Shown in pieces: positions 35,690 through 49,529 of a stretch of DNA of 64,000 nucleotides. Position 1 is the stretch's first letter; each line of letters opens with the position of its first letter. The position numbers and the translations under genes were made by a program. The notes under the pieces are model-generated. The model searched no databases. It saw only the letters and a program-made list of their open reading frames with translations, and had not been told where the DNA came from. Source of the stretch: Eledone cirrhosa (lineage: Eukaryota); NCBI GenBank assembly GCA_964016885.1, contig OZ024755.1, forward strand, positions 1,364,001-1,428,000, in the 5' to 3' direction.

Positions 35690-37579
35690 ACATCCTTAGT
35701 TGTGTGAAAGATATGACAACCTCTCCTATCGACTCGGTGGAGCGTCAACTGTACATAAATATTTTTGAAATCCTTTTGAAACCAAATCCTCTAAACCCAG
35801 CCCAGGTTCTGCTTATTTTAAAGTGTTTATATTTATCTAAAAACCCTCCATTAAAATTTCCCCTAAGAACCTTTTCTTACTGCAAACAGCAGCTTAATAA
35901 TGGAAAAGTCAGTTATTTTAGTAAATCCCTTAAATTCTTGATATTTAAGAAGGGATCAAAGTATTTTCTCAGACTAGTCTGCCCTTTTTAAATTATTCTC
36001 AACTTTGAAGACTGAATTTCTGGAAAATGGAGCAGAAAAACACATGAACAAGCTCTTTCTCTTTCTTTCTCTTTCTTTCTCTTTCTTTCTCTTTCTTTCT
36101 CTTTCTCTCTTTCTTTCTCTTTCTCTCTCTTTCTCTCTCTCTCTCCATTAATCACATGAAGCTCTACTGTCACATGATCTCCATGTAGCCACTACATTAC
36201 AGTCAGCTGCTAAGAAAACAGACAACTATGGCATAGTAACAGTGTCTCGCTCTCATACACTGTTACTGGTCTACTACAACCACAGGCAGGCATGGCTGTG
36301 TGTCACTCTGTACTGTGGAGTACTCAGCCACTACAGCCAGCCATACAACCACAGGCAGGCATGGCTGTGGTTCTACATGTCAAGATATTTAATCAATAAT
36401 GGTGTAATTTTTTATTTCTTTTGATCAACTAGAAATGAAAGAAGAATCAATAAACAAACATTTTTAAAGCCATTTTCACTGCTAAAGTAAGAATTATCAG
36501 GGTCTGGGGGTGAATCTCACTGTCTACCAACCCATAGCTTTCGTTTCCTCCTCCTCCACCTTAAGCTATGTCTTTCTTACTCTCCCCTTACTATTGTATC
36601 TATCACTCTTCCCACGCCCCCTCATCTTTCCTCTACATCACCCAACCATCTCAACATCTGACATTCTTCAACAATCTCATTTATTGAAATTTATTTTCAT
36701 TCAGAAAAAAGTTGCTTTTTCTTTGCTCTTGTTGTTGTTGTTGTTGTTTCTGCTCTTGTTGTTGCTGTTGTTGTTGTTGTTGTTGTTGTTGTTTCTGCTC
36801 TTGTTGTTGCTGTTGTTGTTTCTGCTCTTGTTGTTGCTGTTGTTGTTTCTGCTCTTGTTGTTGTTGTTTCTCCATTTACTGGAATTAATAATCTGTTTTG
36901 TCTTCAATTAAATCGTTTTTATTGATGTTTCTTTACAACCATGTTGAGAGAGATAACTTCTACATCTGCCTCCCACCTTACTACATCCCTTTCTATCTCT
37001 CTCTAAAACCACCCCACCCCACCATATCTCCCCCACCCCACCATATCTCCCCCACCCCACCATATCTCCCCCACCCCACCGTATTTCCCCCACCCCACTA
37101 TCTCCCCCACCATATCTCCCCCACCCCACCATATCTCCCCACCCCACCATATCTCCCCACCCCACCATACCTCCCCCACCCCACCCCACCATATATTATG
37201 CCTGTCTTCTTGTTTCTACTCTAAACAAACAAGAAACTAGATGCTTCAGTATAAAACTACAATATCACTATGGTATGTGTGTGTGTATGGATGTGTGTGG
37301 ATGTATGTGTGTGTTTCAGTGTGGATATGTGCAAGTTCATATGCTACTGTGTATATATGTATTGTGTGACTGTAAATATGTGTGTAACATTACTTAAAAT
37401 TTCTTTAATAAAATTCTGAAAGTTTATAATAAAGTAGAAACGTGTGTAAGGGACTGCGTTGGTTTGGACAGGTGAGGTGTATAGATGGTGAGGTGTATAG
37501 ATGGTGAGGTGTATAGATGGTGAGGTGTATAGATGGTGGCTGGGTGACTGTCAGGAAATCTCAGTGGAGGGAAGTTACA

Positions 37580-37730
37580 ATAGAAGAAGACCTAGGCAGA
37601 GGTGGTGAGAGCTGATCTCAAATAGCTGAGACTCACAGAGGAGATAATGAAGGAACGCGATGAGTGGAGAGATGCTGTGCTGTGAAGGACCTGTCTGGCC
37701 CATGCATGTGGGAAAACGGACGTAAAAAGG
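37580..37730 (+). mobile_element. Decayed RTE 3' fragment
   Basis: Translates to EVVRADLK.LRLTEE..KERDEWRDAV, then cccatgcatgtgggaaaacggacgt tail. Confidence 0.65.
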
Positions 37731-38129
37731 AGGAATTATGGATTTGGGTGAGTTGGTATCAAAAGGGTTAACAAAATAGACATCCTTCCCCCACCTTCCA
37801 CTGCCACACCACCCCACTACACTACACACACCATACCATACCATACCACACCACACACACAATACCAAGTAACTTCTAGTAGTAGTAGCAAGTAGTTTAC
37901 AGTAAAGTACCCAAGAATCCATCATTTTTAACAGACACAATTTATCCTTTGTCCAGTAAAACTTGGCCAGGAATTATTCACACATTTCTTTCTAAAATAA
38001 TTATTTGTGTCGCCCAAATAAGGTTAGAACGGTTCTGTTATTTCTTGAGAACTATTCAACTGTAGTTAGTACTGTATATTTCTTCCTCGTGTATCTCATA
38101 ATTCTTCTGCTGTGTCTTTGAGATATTAA

Positions 38130-38350
38130 CCCTTTAGCATTTAAACCAGCCATATCCGGCCAGAATTATCTCACCTCTTTCAGTTCAAACCAACCATAAC
38201 TGGCCACTCATACTGATGTTATGGTATTGTTCTCAAAATAAATAATATCAATATCTCATAGCTTTGATATTATGTGAGATAATTATGTGAGGTAAAGCCT
38301 TTACCGTGAAAATACAATAATAAATATAAAGTAATGTAAATGCTAAAGGG
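38130..38350. mobile_element. piggyBac-like MITE with TTAA target duplication
   Basis: ttaa-CCCTTTAGCATTT...AAATGCTAAAGGG-ttaa; empty-site copy at ~38399-38440. Confidence 0.9.
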
Positions 38351-39329
38351 TTAAAACTGTTGTATATTGTATTGTAACATATTTCATAATTTTTCTGTTG
38401 TGTCTTTGAGATATTAAAACTGTTGTATGTTGTATTGTAAGCTAAGAAGAAAGCAAGTTGATAACTGAATATTTATCACCAAGTCATTCATTTATTTGGG
38501 AGCTAATGTTAATGAATAAACAGGCTTTTGTCTTGCTGTGACTTACAATAGTGTAATGATAGCGAGATACACTGTCGTGACAGTTTAGTTTGTAAATCTT
38601 AGTCAAATACACGTCACGTGATTTTTCTCAAAATCTTTCGTTCCATTCCTTCCTCTTCTCGCACTCTTTGTGATTCATCTTTTATTTCTCATTCTATCTT
38701 CTGATGAATGACTAGTGTCTGAAGCAAAAAGACTCTTTTCCTACTATATCAAGCATTAAACTAATATATTTTATTGTAAAAGTCATCATGAAATATATAT
38801 ATATACACACACACACACATTCACACACGTATGTATGTACATATATGTATTTATATATATATATATATATATAATCAAGTAATCAATAGAGAGGCATTTA
38901 TGAGAAGTTTGAGTGGAAATATAAAAAGAACTGGAAAATGTCATCTAAATCAATTTGTACTTTAGTTTAGATATAAATATACAATCGTGATGGTAACGTG
39001 GGGGCTTAGTGGTTAGGGTATTCAGTTCAGACATATCGTGGTGAGTTTAATTCAGATACAGTGAGGTGTTTACAGGTAAAATGTTTAACATTAGAGAAGC
39101 CATGTAACAAATGTACAACTTTATGATAATCTTTCAAATGTTTCATTAAAAGTTCAACAAAGAAGTATGTGACTTGCATCTCACTTATGTACATTCTTAT
39201 GTTCTATTGAGTGCACATGGGAGGTTGTCACGTCTTTGACACCCGTAAAGGGTCCTCTCAACCTTGTTTGGCAGGTGTATCAGCAACCACTTTACAGCAG
39301 GGGTATGTTTATCATGTAAATCACAAACA

Positions 39330-42300
39330 ATAGGAAGGTTATGTCCTTGACACCACTGAAGGGTCCTCGCAACCCTACCAACACTAGGAAGGTTGTCATG
39401 TCCTTGACACCACTGAAGGGTCCTCGCAACCCTACCAACACTAGGAAGGTTGTGTCCTTGACACCACTGAAGGGTCCTCGCAACCCTACCAACACTAGGA
39501 AGGTTGTCATGTCCTTGACACCACTGAAGGGTCCTCGCAACCCTACCAACACTAGGAAGGTTGTGTCCTTGACACCACTGAAGGGTCCTCGCAACCCTAC
39601 CAACACTAGGAAGGTTGTGTCCTTGACACCACTGAAGGGTCCTCGCAACCCTACCAACACTAGGAAGGTTGTCATGTCCTTGACACCACTGAAGGGTCCT
39701 CGCAACCCTACCAACACTAGGAAGGTTGTCATGTCCTTGACACCACTGAAGGGTACTCGCAACCCTACCAACACTAGGAAGGTTGTGTCCTTGACACCAC
39801 TGAAGGGTCCTCGCAACCCTACCAACACTAGGAAGGTTGTCATGTCCTTGACACCACTGAAGGGTCCTCGCAACCCTACCAACACTAGGAAGGTTGTGTC
39901 CTTGACACCACTGAAGGGTCCTCGCAACCCTACCAACACTAGGAAGGTTGTGTCCTTGACACCACTGAAGGGTCCTCGCAACCCTACCAACACTAGGAAG
40001 GTTGTCATGTCCTTGACACCACTGAAGGGTCCTCGCAACCCTACCAACACTAGGAAGGTTGTGTCCTTGACACCACTGAAGGGTCCTCGCAACCCTACCA
40101 ACACTAGGAAGGTTGTCATGTCCTTGACACCACTGAAGGGTCCTCGCAACCCTACCAACACTAGGAAGGTTGTCATGTCCTTGACACCACTGAAGGGTCC
40201 TCGCAACCCTACCAACACTAGGAAGGTTGTCATGTCCTTGACACCACTGAAGGGTCCTCGCAACCCTACCAACACTAGGAAGGTTGTTATGTCCTTGACA
40301 CCACTGAAGGGTCCTCACAACCCTACCAACACTAGGAAGGTTGTCATGTCCTTGACACCACTGAATGGTCCTCGCAATCCTACCAACACTAGGAAGGTTG
40401 TGTCCTTGACACCACTGAAGGGTCCTCGCAACCCTACCAACACTAGGAAGGTTGTGTCCTTGACACCACTGAAGGGTCCTCGCAACCCTACCAACACTAG
40501 GAAGGTTGTGTCCTTGACACCACTGAAGGGTCCTCGCAACCCTACCAACACTAGGAAGGTTGTGTCCTTGACACCACTGAAGGGTCCTCGCAACCCTACC
40601 AACACTAGGAAGGTTGTCATGTCCTTGACACCACTGAAGGGTCCTCGCAACCCTACCAACACTAGGAAGGTTGTCATGTCCTTGACACCACTGAAGGGTC
40701 CTCGCAACCCTACCAACACTAGGAAGGTTGTGTCCTTGACACCACTGAAGAGTCCTCGCAACCCTACCAACACTAGGAAGGTTGTCATGTCCTTGACACC
40801 ACTGAAGGGTCCTCGCAACCCTACCAACACTAGGAAGGTTGTGTCCTTGACAACACTGAAGGGTCCTCGCAACCCTATCAACACTAGGAAGGTTGTCATG
40901 TCCTTGACACCACTGAAGGGTCCTCGCAACCCTACCAACACTAGGAAGGTTGTCATGTCCTTGACACCACTGAAGGGTCCTCGCAACCCTACCAACACTA
41001 GGAAGGTTGTGTCCTTGACACCACTGAAGGGTCCTCGCAACCCTACCAACACTAGGAAGGTTGTGTCCTTGACACCACTGAAGGGTCCTCGCAACCCTAC
41101 CAACACTAGGAAGGTTGTCATGTCCTTGACACCACTGAAGGGTCCTCGCAACCCTACCAACACTAGGAAGGTTGTGTCCTTGACACCACTGAAGGGTCCT
41201 CGCAACCCTACCAACACTAGGAAGGTTGTGTCCTTGACACCACTGAAGGGTCCTCGCAACCCTACCAACACTAGGAAGGTTGTCATGTCCTTGACACCAC
41301 TGAAGGGTCCTCGCAACCCTACCAACACTAGGAAGGTTGTGTCCTTGACACCACTGAAGGGTCCTCGCAACCCTACCAACACTAGGAAGGTTGTCATGTC
41401 CTTGACACCACTGAAGGGTCCTCGCAACCCTACCAACACTAGGAAGGTTGTCATGTCCCTGACACCACTGAAGGGTCCTCGCAACCCTACCAACACTAGG
41501 AAGGTTGTCATGTCCTTGACACCACTGAAGGGTCCTCGCAACCCTACCAACACTAGGAAGGTTGTCATGTCCTTGACACCACTGAAGGGTCCTCACAACC
41601 CTACCAACACTAGGAAGGTTGTCATGTCCTTGACACCACTGAATGGTCCTCGCAATCCTACCAACACTAGGAAGGTTGTGTCCTTGACACCACTGAAGGG
41701 TCCTCGCAACCCTACCAACACTAGGAAGGTTGTGTCCTTGACACCACTGAAGGGTCCTCGCAACCCTACCAACACTAGGAAGGTTGTGTCCTTGACACCA
41801 CTGAAGGGTCCTCGCAACCCTACCAACACTAGGAAGGTTGTGTCCTTGACACCACTGAAGGGTCCTCGCAACCCTACCAACACTAGGAAGGTTGTCATGT
41901 CCTTGACACCACTGAAGGGTCCTCGCAACCCTACCAACACTAGGAAGGTTGTCATGTCCTTGACACCACTGAAGGGTCCTCGCAACCCTACCAACACTAG
42001 GAAGGTTGTGTCCTTGACACCACTGAAGAGTCCTCGCAACCCTACCAACACTAGGAAGGTTGTCATGTCCTTGACACCACTGAAGGGTCCTCGCAACCCT
42101 ACCAACACTAGGAAGGTTGTGTCCTTGACACCACTGAAGGGTCCTCGCAACCCTACCAACACTAGGAAGGTTGTGTCCTTGACACCACTGAAGGGTCCTC
42201 GCAACCCTACCAACACTAGGAAGGTTGTCATGTCCTTGACACCACTGAAGGGTCCTCGCAACCCTACCAACACTAGGAAGGTTGTCATGTCCTTGACACC

Positions 42301-43650
42301 ACTGAAGGGTCCTCGCAACCCTACCAACACTAGGAAGGTTGTCATGTCCTTGACACCACTGAAGGGTCCTCACAACCCTACCAACACTAGGAAGGTTGTC
42401 ATGTCCTTGACACCACTGAAGGGTCCTCGCAACCCTACCAACACTAGGAAGGTTGTGTCCTTGACACCACTGAAGGGTCCTCGCAACCCTACCAACACTA
42501 GGAAGGTTGTGTCCTTGACAACACTGAAGGGTCCTCGCAACCCTATCAACACTAGGAAGGTTGTCATGTCCTTGACACCACTGAAGGGTCCTCGCAACCC
42601 TACCAACACTAGGAAGGTTGTCATGTCCTTGACACCACTGAAGGGTCCACGCAACCCTACCAACACTAGGAAGGTTGTCATGTCCTTGACACCACTGAAG
42701 GGTCCTCACAACCCTACCAACACTAGGAAGGTTGTCATGTCCTTGACACCACTGAAGGGTCCTCGCAACCCTACCAACACTAGGAAGGTTGTGTCCTTGA
42801 CACCACTGAAGGGTCCTCGCAACCCTACCGACACTAGGAAGGTTGTGTCCTTGACACCACTGAAGGGTCCTCGCAACCCTACCAACACTAGGAAGGTTGT
42901 CATGTCCTTGACACCACTGAAGGGTCCTCGCAACCCTACCAACACTAGGAAGGTTGTGTCCTTGACACCACTGAAGGGTCCTCGCAACCCTACCAACACT
43001 AGGAAGGTTGTCATGTCCTTGACACCACTGAAGGGTCCTCGCAACCCTACCAACACTAGGAAGGTTGTCATGTCCTTGACACCACTGAAGGGTCCTCGCA
43101 ACCCTACCAACACTAGGAAGGTTGTGTCCTTGACACCACTGAAGGGTCCTCGCAACCCTACCAACACTAGGAAGGTTGTCATGTCCTTGACACCACTGAA
43201 GGGTCCTCGCAACCCTACCAACACTAGGAAGGTTGTGTCCTTGACACCACTGAAGGGTCCTCGCAGCCCTACCAACACTAGGAAGGTTATGTCCTTGACA
43301 CCACTGAAGGGTCCTCGCAACCCTACCAACACTAGGAAGGTTGTGTCCTTGACACCACTGAAGGGTCCTCGCAACCCTACCAACACTAGGAAGGTTGTTG
43401 TGTCCTTGACACCACTGAAGGCTCCTCGCAACCCTACCAACACTAGGAAGGTTGTCATGTCCTTGACACCACTGAAGGGTACTCGCAACCCTACCAACAC
43501 TAGGAAGGTTGTGTCCTTGACACCACTGAAGGGTCCTCGCAACCCTACCAACACTAGGAAGGTTATGTCCTTGACACCACTGAAGGGTCCTCGCAACCCT
43601 ACCAACACTAGGAAGGTTGTCATGTCCTTGACACCACTGAAGGGTCCTCC
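39330..43650. repeat. 4.3-kb homogeneous 48/51-bp minisatellite
   Basis: Unit ggaaggttgt(cat)gtccttgacaccactgaagggtcctcgcaaccctaccaacacta, roughly 87 copies. Confidence 0.98.
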
Positions 43651-44154
43651 CAATTTGTTTGGTATGCTTTCTACAGCTGGATGTCCTTCCTATCATCAAC
43701 TACTTAACAGCCTGTACTGGGTGTGTTTATTGTGTAGCTCCTCAGCACTAGAGGCCATGATGTCCTCAATACGACTGAAGGGTCTTCCCAACCTCCTTTC
43801 TTCATGTAAAATGTAAATGTGGGTTAAGAACTGAAAGCTTGCAAAACTGTTTTGTATTTTATGCAAAAAAATATTGATAAGAAGAAATAAATGACTTCTT
43901 TCTTTAATATTTTATAATCTTTGCAACTGAAACCTTTTAAATTTGTTATTTGAAGAATTTGAAGTCAAGCTTGAAAAGATTAAGACAGTTATTACATTCT
44001 TTACAGTTAGTAGTCTAATATTCCATATATTCCATACTTGGTTTCTACTTCTGTGGTTTATGGACAAATATAGAACTACTGGTGTTACAAATGTAATAAA
44101 TAAATGTAGAGTTGGCAGAAAAACAAGATAATATCAGGATAGATGGTTTGTTTT

Positions 44155-44510
44155 GTTATGGTTTAGCTGTGTGGTTTAGAAGTTTCACACCACATGTTAT
44201 GGTATGGCTGTGTGGTTTAGAAGTTCCACACCACATGTTATGGTTTAGCTGTGTGGTTTAGAAGTTTCACACCACATGTTATGGTTTAGCTGTGTGGTTT
44301 AGAAGTTCCACACCACATGTTATGGTTTAGAAGTTCCACACCACATGTTATGGTTTAGCTGTGTGGTTTAGAAGTTTCACACCACATGTTATGGTTTAGC
44401 TGTGTGGTTTAGAAGTTTCACACCACATGTTATGGTTTAGCTGTGTGGTTTAGAAGTTCCACACCACATGTTATGGTATGGCTGTGTGGTTTAGGAGTTT
44501 CACACCACAG
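44155..44510. repeat. 41-bp minisatellite derived from a SINE head
   Basis: atgttatggtttagctgtgtggtttagaagtt(t/c)cacaccac, running into SINE body at 44510-44625. Confidence 0.9.
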
Positions 44511-45256
44511 ACTTTGGTTTGATCTTTGATCCCATTGCTTGGCTCCTTGGACAAGTGTCTTCTACTTCAGCTTTTAGCTGACCAATAATTTGTCAGAGGA
44601 TTTAGTAGACAGAAATTTAGCAACACATGTGTGTGTGTGTTCCATGTTTCTTTATTTTGACATTGCTTAAACCAGTGGTATGGAGGGGGGGGGGGTAATG
44701 TTTGTTATATCTCACAACTTTGCTGTTCAATACATACCACAGTTAAATATAATCTATAGCTTGACATTGGCAAGGACGTTGTTGCCAACCAAATGCTGCC
44801 TCAACAAATCTATAGGTTGACATTGATAAGGAAATCACCGCCAACCAAATACTGCCTCAACAAAGGTCTCATCCATATAATTTATCATGGCACCATCACT
44901 AATGAGGTTACCTTGTTTCCTGCAAGGCAAAATATTTCTCTCTAGTCTGTGGTGCCTTCTTTCAACACAGGCTTCAAACATAACCAAAATAGGTTAGGTT
45001 TTTTATTCTGTTTTGTTTACTAATTTTATTTGTCTTATTTTTTCTTGTAAAACAGGAGAAAATGTCTGGAATAATGGAATGTATGTAAAAGTTATGTTTT
45101 GTAAGTGAAGTAGTGAAATATGAAGTATATTGTTAAAGTGTTTTCCATTAGTGGTGTCAGGAAATCTTTAATGTTTCTCTACTCTCAGACAAACTGTTCA
45201 AAGATCTCAGCTACTTTTTAGAAAGTGGAATTACTATTTCTCACCCACACACTAAC

Positions 45257-45305
<49 letters not shown>

Positions 45306-46702
45306 CCGTTTGACACTTGAAGGGATTCTTATCATGACATCTTCACTGAATGACAACAGAGGAAAAACAACTGATAACAGCTCCAACACTGCTGATGGTG
45401 GGGCTGGTGGTGGTGGTGATGGTGGCGGGAGTCGTGGTGGTGGTGGTGTTGCTGCTAAATGTCTTCTACTCTCAACTGACATCTCAACTAAATTACTTCC
45501 TTCTTATTAACAACTTCTCTCTCTCTCATTTTGAAGATGGTCCTTAAAACACTTTTAGTAGTCTCAGACCTGCATCAAATAAAAGGGAGTAGATTTTATT
45601 AAGACACCTTAATATATCTGGGTTACTGTGAGACTCACACAAACCCAGATATATTTCATAGAACCCACTTTTTGGAAATACTATTCTAGAACTAAACAAC
45701 AACAACAACAATTTACTCTGTAGTATTACTCAACCATATATAACCCCCCCTCTCTAAATATCTCACAATTTATAGCTCAGCAAACTGATTTGTGAGATTG
45801 TTACAGTCAGTCTTCCATAGTAAGTAACATCCATTCATAAAGCATCCATTCATAAAATCATTTCTACACATGGTTTACTTACTCTGTGATGTTGTACAAT
45901 GACCTTTAGATTATGTTCTTTATGGCTTTCCATTGTTTTCTCTGGCTAAACAGAGATGGGGGGGGGGTCTTCCTATTAACTGTTTAGTCAGGAAGGGAAG
46001 GGCAGTGTCCATGATTCTTTTTAGGGTCCTCTTGGTATTGGTGAAGGGAAGGAGGGGGGTCTCCTTAGACCTGGACCCAATTACTTGCAATAAGATGAAC
46101 TCTACTAAAGACACACGGGGGGGGGGGGGGGGGGAGCACAGCAAGTTTTCAACTTTACAGAGCCAGAATATGTTTCAGGGAAATGGAAGTTGTGGTGTTC
46201 ATGGTTTTTCAAATTGTAAATGGACGTTTTTCAAGGAATTGGGAGACAGAAATTGTGAAAACCCATTTTGTGTGTGTGTGTGTGTGTGTGTCATCCTAAC
46301 AGACAGGGGGAGCATTACTAGGTGATATATCCCCTCCCCCTCCAAGCCATGATGTTTCCATAATTTCCTTCTTCTACCAGGAAATAAAAGTTGAACTTTA
46401 CCTAAAGTAGACATACATAGTGTAAATGTTACAATTATCTCCACTCATGTAACATATGGATGTCCCATGTGGTTATAATTGCTAGCTTTTATCACATATG
46501 TAACAATTTATTAGATGTTGTTTCTTTATTTAAGAATGTGAACGTTTGTCCTGCTTGTTGCCAGTTGGTGATCCATAAAATCAGTTATTTAGGTGCTAAA
46601 GTAACAGTGAATTATAGCAAAGGTGAAAAGGTGTTAGAATATTTGTTCTGGTTCTGCACATAAGGTTTAAATCTTGCTGAGAGTAACTTTGCCCTTCATC
46701 CT

Positions 46703-46865
46703 TTCAGACAGGTCCATTGTCAAGTTTTGGTATTGAAGGGGACTTCAGACAGGTCCGTTGTCAAGTTTTGGTATTGAAGGGGACTTCAGACAGGTCCGTT
46801 GTCAAGTTTTGGTATTGAAGGGGACTTCAGACAGTTCCATTGTCAAGTTTTGGGACTGAAGGGGT
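46703..46865. repeat. 41-bp tandem repeat x4
   Basis: cagacaggtccgttgtcaagttttggtattgaaggggactt. Confidence 0.9.
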
Positions 46866-47143
46866 TGGGAGTTGTGTCAAGGACGTGACCTCCCCAGTGC
46901 TGGTGATCTACATGATAAACACACCCACAACTTCTCCTCTGCACTCCATAAAATATATGACTGAACGTAAGCGAGATGCAGACCCCTTGACCTGCCTGGG
47001 GTGGGGGTCTGTAACACCACTTCAGTACTGACTTTGTCAATGTAGACCCATCCTATCCTTGCTAGCAAGGAAAGCAGATATGATGATGATGATGATATTA
47101 GTAGTCTAAGTCTATAATAAAAGATACTTGTTCAAGGTACCAA

Positions 47144-47927
47144 ACAACTGTATGACCCCTAAGTCTATAGAAGACAACTGTATAGAACCCTAAGTCTGTA
47201 GTAGAAGACAACTGTATGGACCCCTAAGTCTGTAGTAGAAGACAACTGTATGGACTCCTAAGTCTGTAGTAGAAGACAACTGTATGACCCCTAAGTCTGT
47301 AGTAGAAGACAACTGTATGACCCCTAAGTCTGTAGTAGAAGACAACTGTATGGACTCCTAAGTCTGTAGTAGAAGACAACTGTATGACCCCTAAGTCTGT
47401 AGTAGAAGACAACTGTATGACCCCTAAGTCTGTAGTAGAAGACAACTGTATGACCCCTAAGTCTGTAGTAGAAGACAACTGTATGACCCCTAAGTCTGTA
47501 GTAGAAGACAACTGTATGGACTCCTAAGTCTGTAGTAGAAGACAACTGTATGACCCCTAAGTCTGTAGTAGAAGACAACTGTATGACCCCTAAGTCTGTA
47601 GTAGAAGACAACTGTATGACCCCTAAGTCTGTAGTAGAAGACAACTGTATGGACTCCTAAGTCTGTAGTAGAAGACAACTGTATGACCCCTAAGTCTGTA
47701 GTAGAAGACAACTGTATGACCCCTAAGTCTGTAGTAGAAGACAACTGTATGGACTCCTAAGTCTGTAGTAGAAGACAACTGTATGACCCCTAAGTCTGTA
47801 GTAGAAGACAACTGTATGACCCCTAAGTCTGTAGTAGAAGACAACTGTATGACCCCTAAGTCTGTAGTAGAAGACAACTGTATGACCCCTAAGTCTGTAG
47901 TAGAAGACAACTGTATGACCCCTAAGT
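47144..47927. repeat. 33/34-bp minisatellite
   Basis: ctaagtctgtagtagaagacaactgtatgaccc. Confidence 0.95.
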
Positions 47928-49529
47928 TACAGAGTTTCAAAATGAACTCCTTACCCACAGACATTCCTCATCTTATTGATGTATTCCATGTTTGTTTGTT
48001 TCTACAACACAGTCTGTCTATATTGATAATAATGATGATGATGATGATGATGTTTTCTTTAAAATTAAAGACAAAACTACTAGCTACACATTTATATTCC
48101 CCCTTCCTCACACCCCCCCCCTCAGACTTTTTGAAAAATTATAGTAGCTTGAGTTACTACAAAAAGTGAACAATCTAGAAAAAAAAACCTATTACTACAC
48201 TAATAAAATAATCCCCTTTCTCCTCCCTCCACCACTTGGTCCCCTCCCACTCCCTCAATGCCTACTTGACCTAACTTGTCCAGGTAAGAGGAATGGAAGG
48301 TATTTACATAGTTGACCTGCTTCTCTGATATATGAGAATATTTGTGAAAGAAGTATGTATAAAATGTATGACTAATTTTATTACTATTTCAGTGCAAAGG
48401 AATTAAGAAAGGAAAAGTCTTCTTTCTTTGTCCTTTGTATTTCATCAATGAAAATAAACAACTGACCTTCTTTTCACACACATTTTTCTGTAGTATTATA
48501 GCTCAGCTCTGCTCAGCTTCGTTTGTTTGTCCTTTATATTTCATCAATGAAATTTTCTCTGTAGTATAGCTCAGCTCAGCTCAGCTCAGCTCAGACCAGC
48601 CCAGCTCAGCTCAGCTCAGCTCTTATTAAGTTTAGTTTCTACTGCAGGCATTTATTATTTGACACTCTAAAGTAACACTATATATATATATATCTTAAAA
48701 TAAAACAGCATTGTATCATAGAACCAGGGGTGTTTTTTTAATTTTGAAAATCTTACAAATGAAACAATTTTTAAGCACTGTTGACCTATTTGTGATTTAA
48801 GAAAATCTGTTGAGAATAATTGTCAGAAACAGCATTATGACTCTAATAATTAGTTAACACTAACGAGGTGCTGTAAAACAATAGATTTTTGTAAAAATTA
48901 CAAATTGAGTAACACATTGCAACTAACAGAACCAATTAAAATTTAACTGTGTTGATTAGTTAATTTGCATATTAAATGAACATCTGGATGAATGGTGACG
49001 CTTTGACCTCAGGAGGGTGGGGAGGGGGTTAATATCCTCCAGAATCATCCAAGCTATCAGAACTGACCAATTTCTGGCTGATAATTATATCTAAAAAGAC
49101 CGAGGAGTGTCATTATCTTGATCTGTTATCTGTGTCACTCATTAATTTCTTAGAAATCATCAAAAAATATAAGATTAAAAATATGTGAAATAAACCAAAA
49201 ACCTAAAAGGAAATTTGTGTAAACATTTGTTAACGATAAAATGTCTTCTTCTTCACCCACTTATTCCTGAGAGGGTTGTAAGGGGCAGAGACCTCAAACA
49301 CTCCTTCCAGTGGGTCCTGTCAGAAGCAACCAGCTCCAATTGATCTGGCTGGATCCCCATAAAATGTCAACAATACTCTTGGGTCATTTGGGGGGTCACT
49401 AATGTATCAAAGTTGTACAGTTTTGGGGGTCACTAGTGGCAGCAAGTGGCTTAGTGGTTAGAGAGTTGGTGTATGACACCTAGTTTTAGGGATGGTGGGG
49501 GGAGGGGGGCATAGCTCTTCATTGTCCCT

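Noticed and set aside
38695-38745. Second hammerhead (ctgatga...gaag)
   Set aside because: GAAA box and stem III are broken; at most a decayed remnant
39330-43650. CRISPR-like array or giant repeat-protein gene
   Set aside because: Units are contiguous with no unique spacers, there are no cas genes, and the DNA is eukaryotic. ORFs follow from unit lengths divisible by 3 and near-identical copies.
48345-48362. miR-1-like sequence (aaagaagtatgtat)
   Set aside because: Matches only the 3' half, lacks the seed, and forms no hairpin
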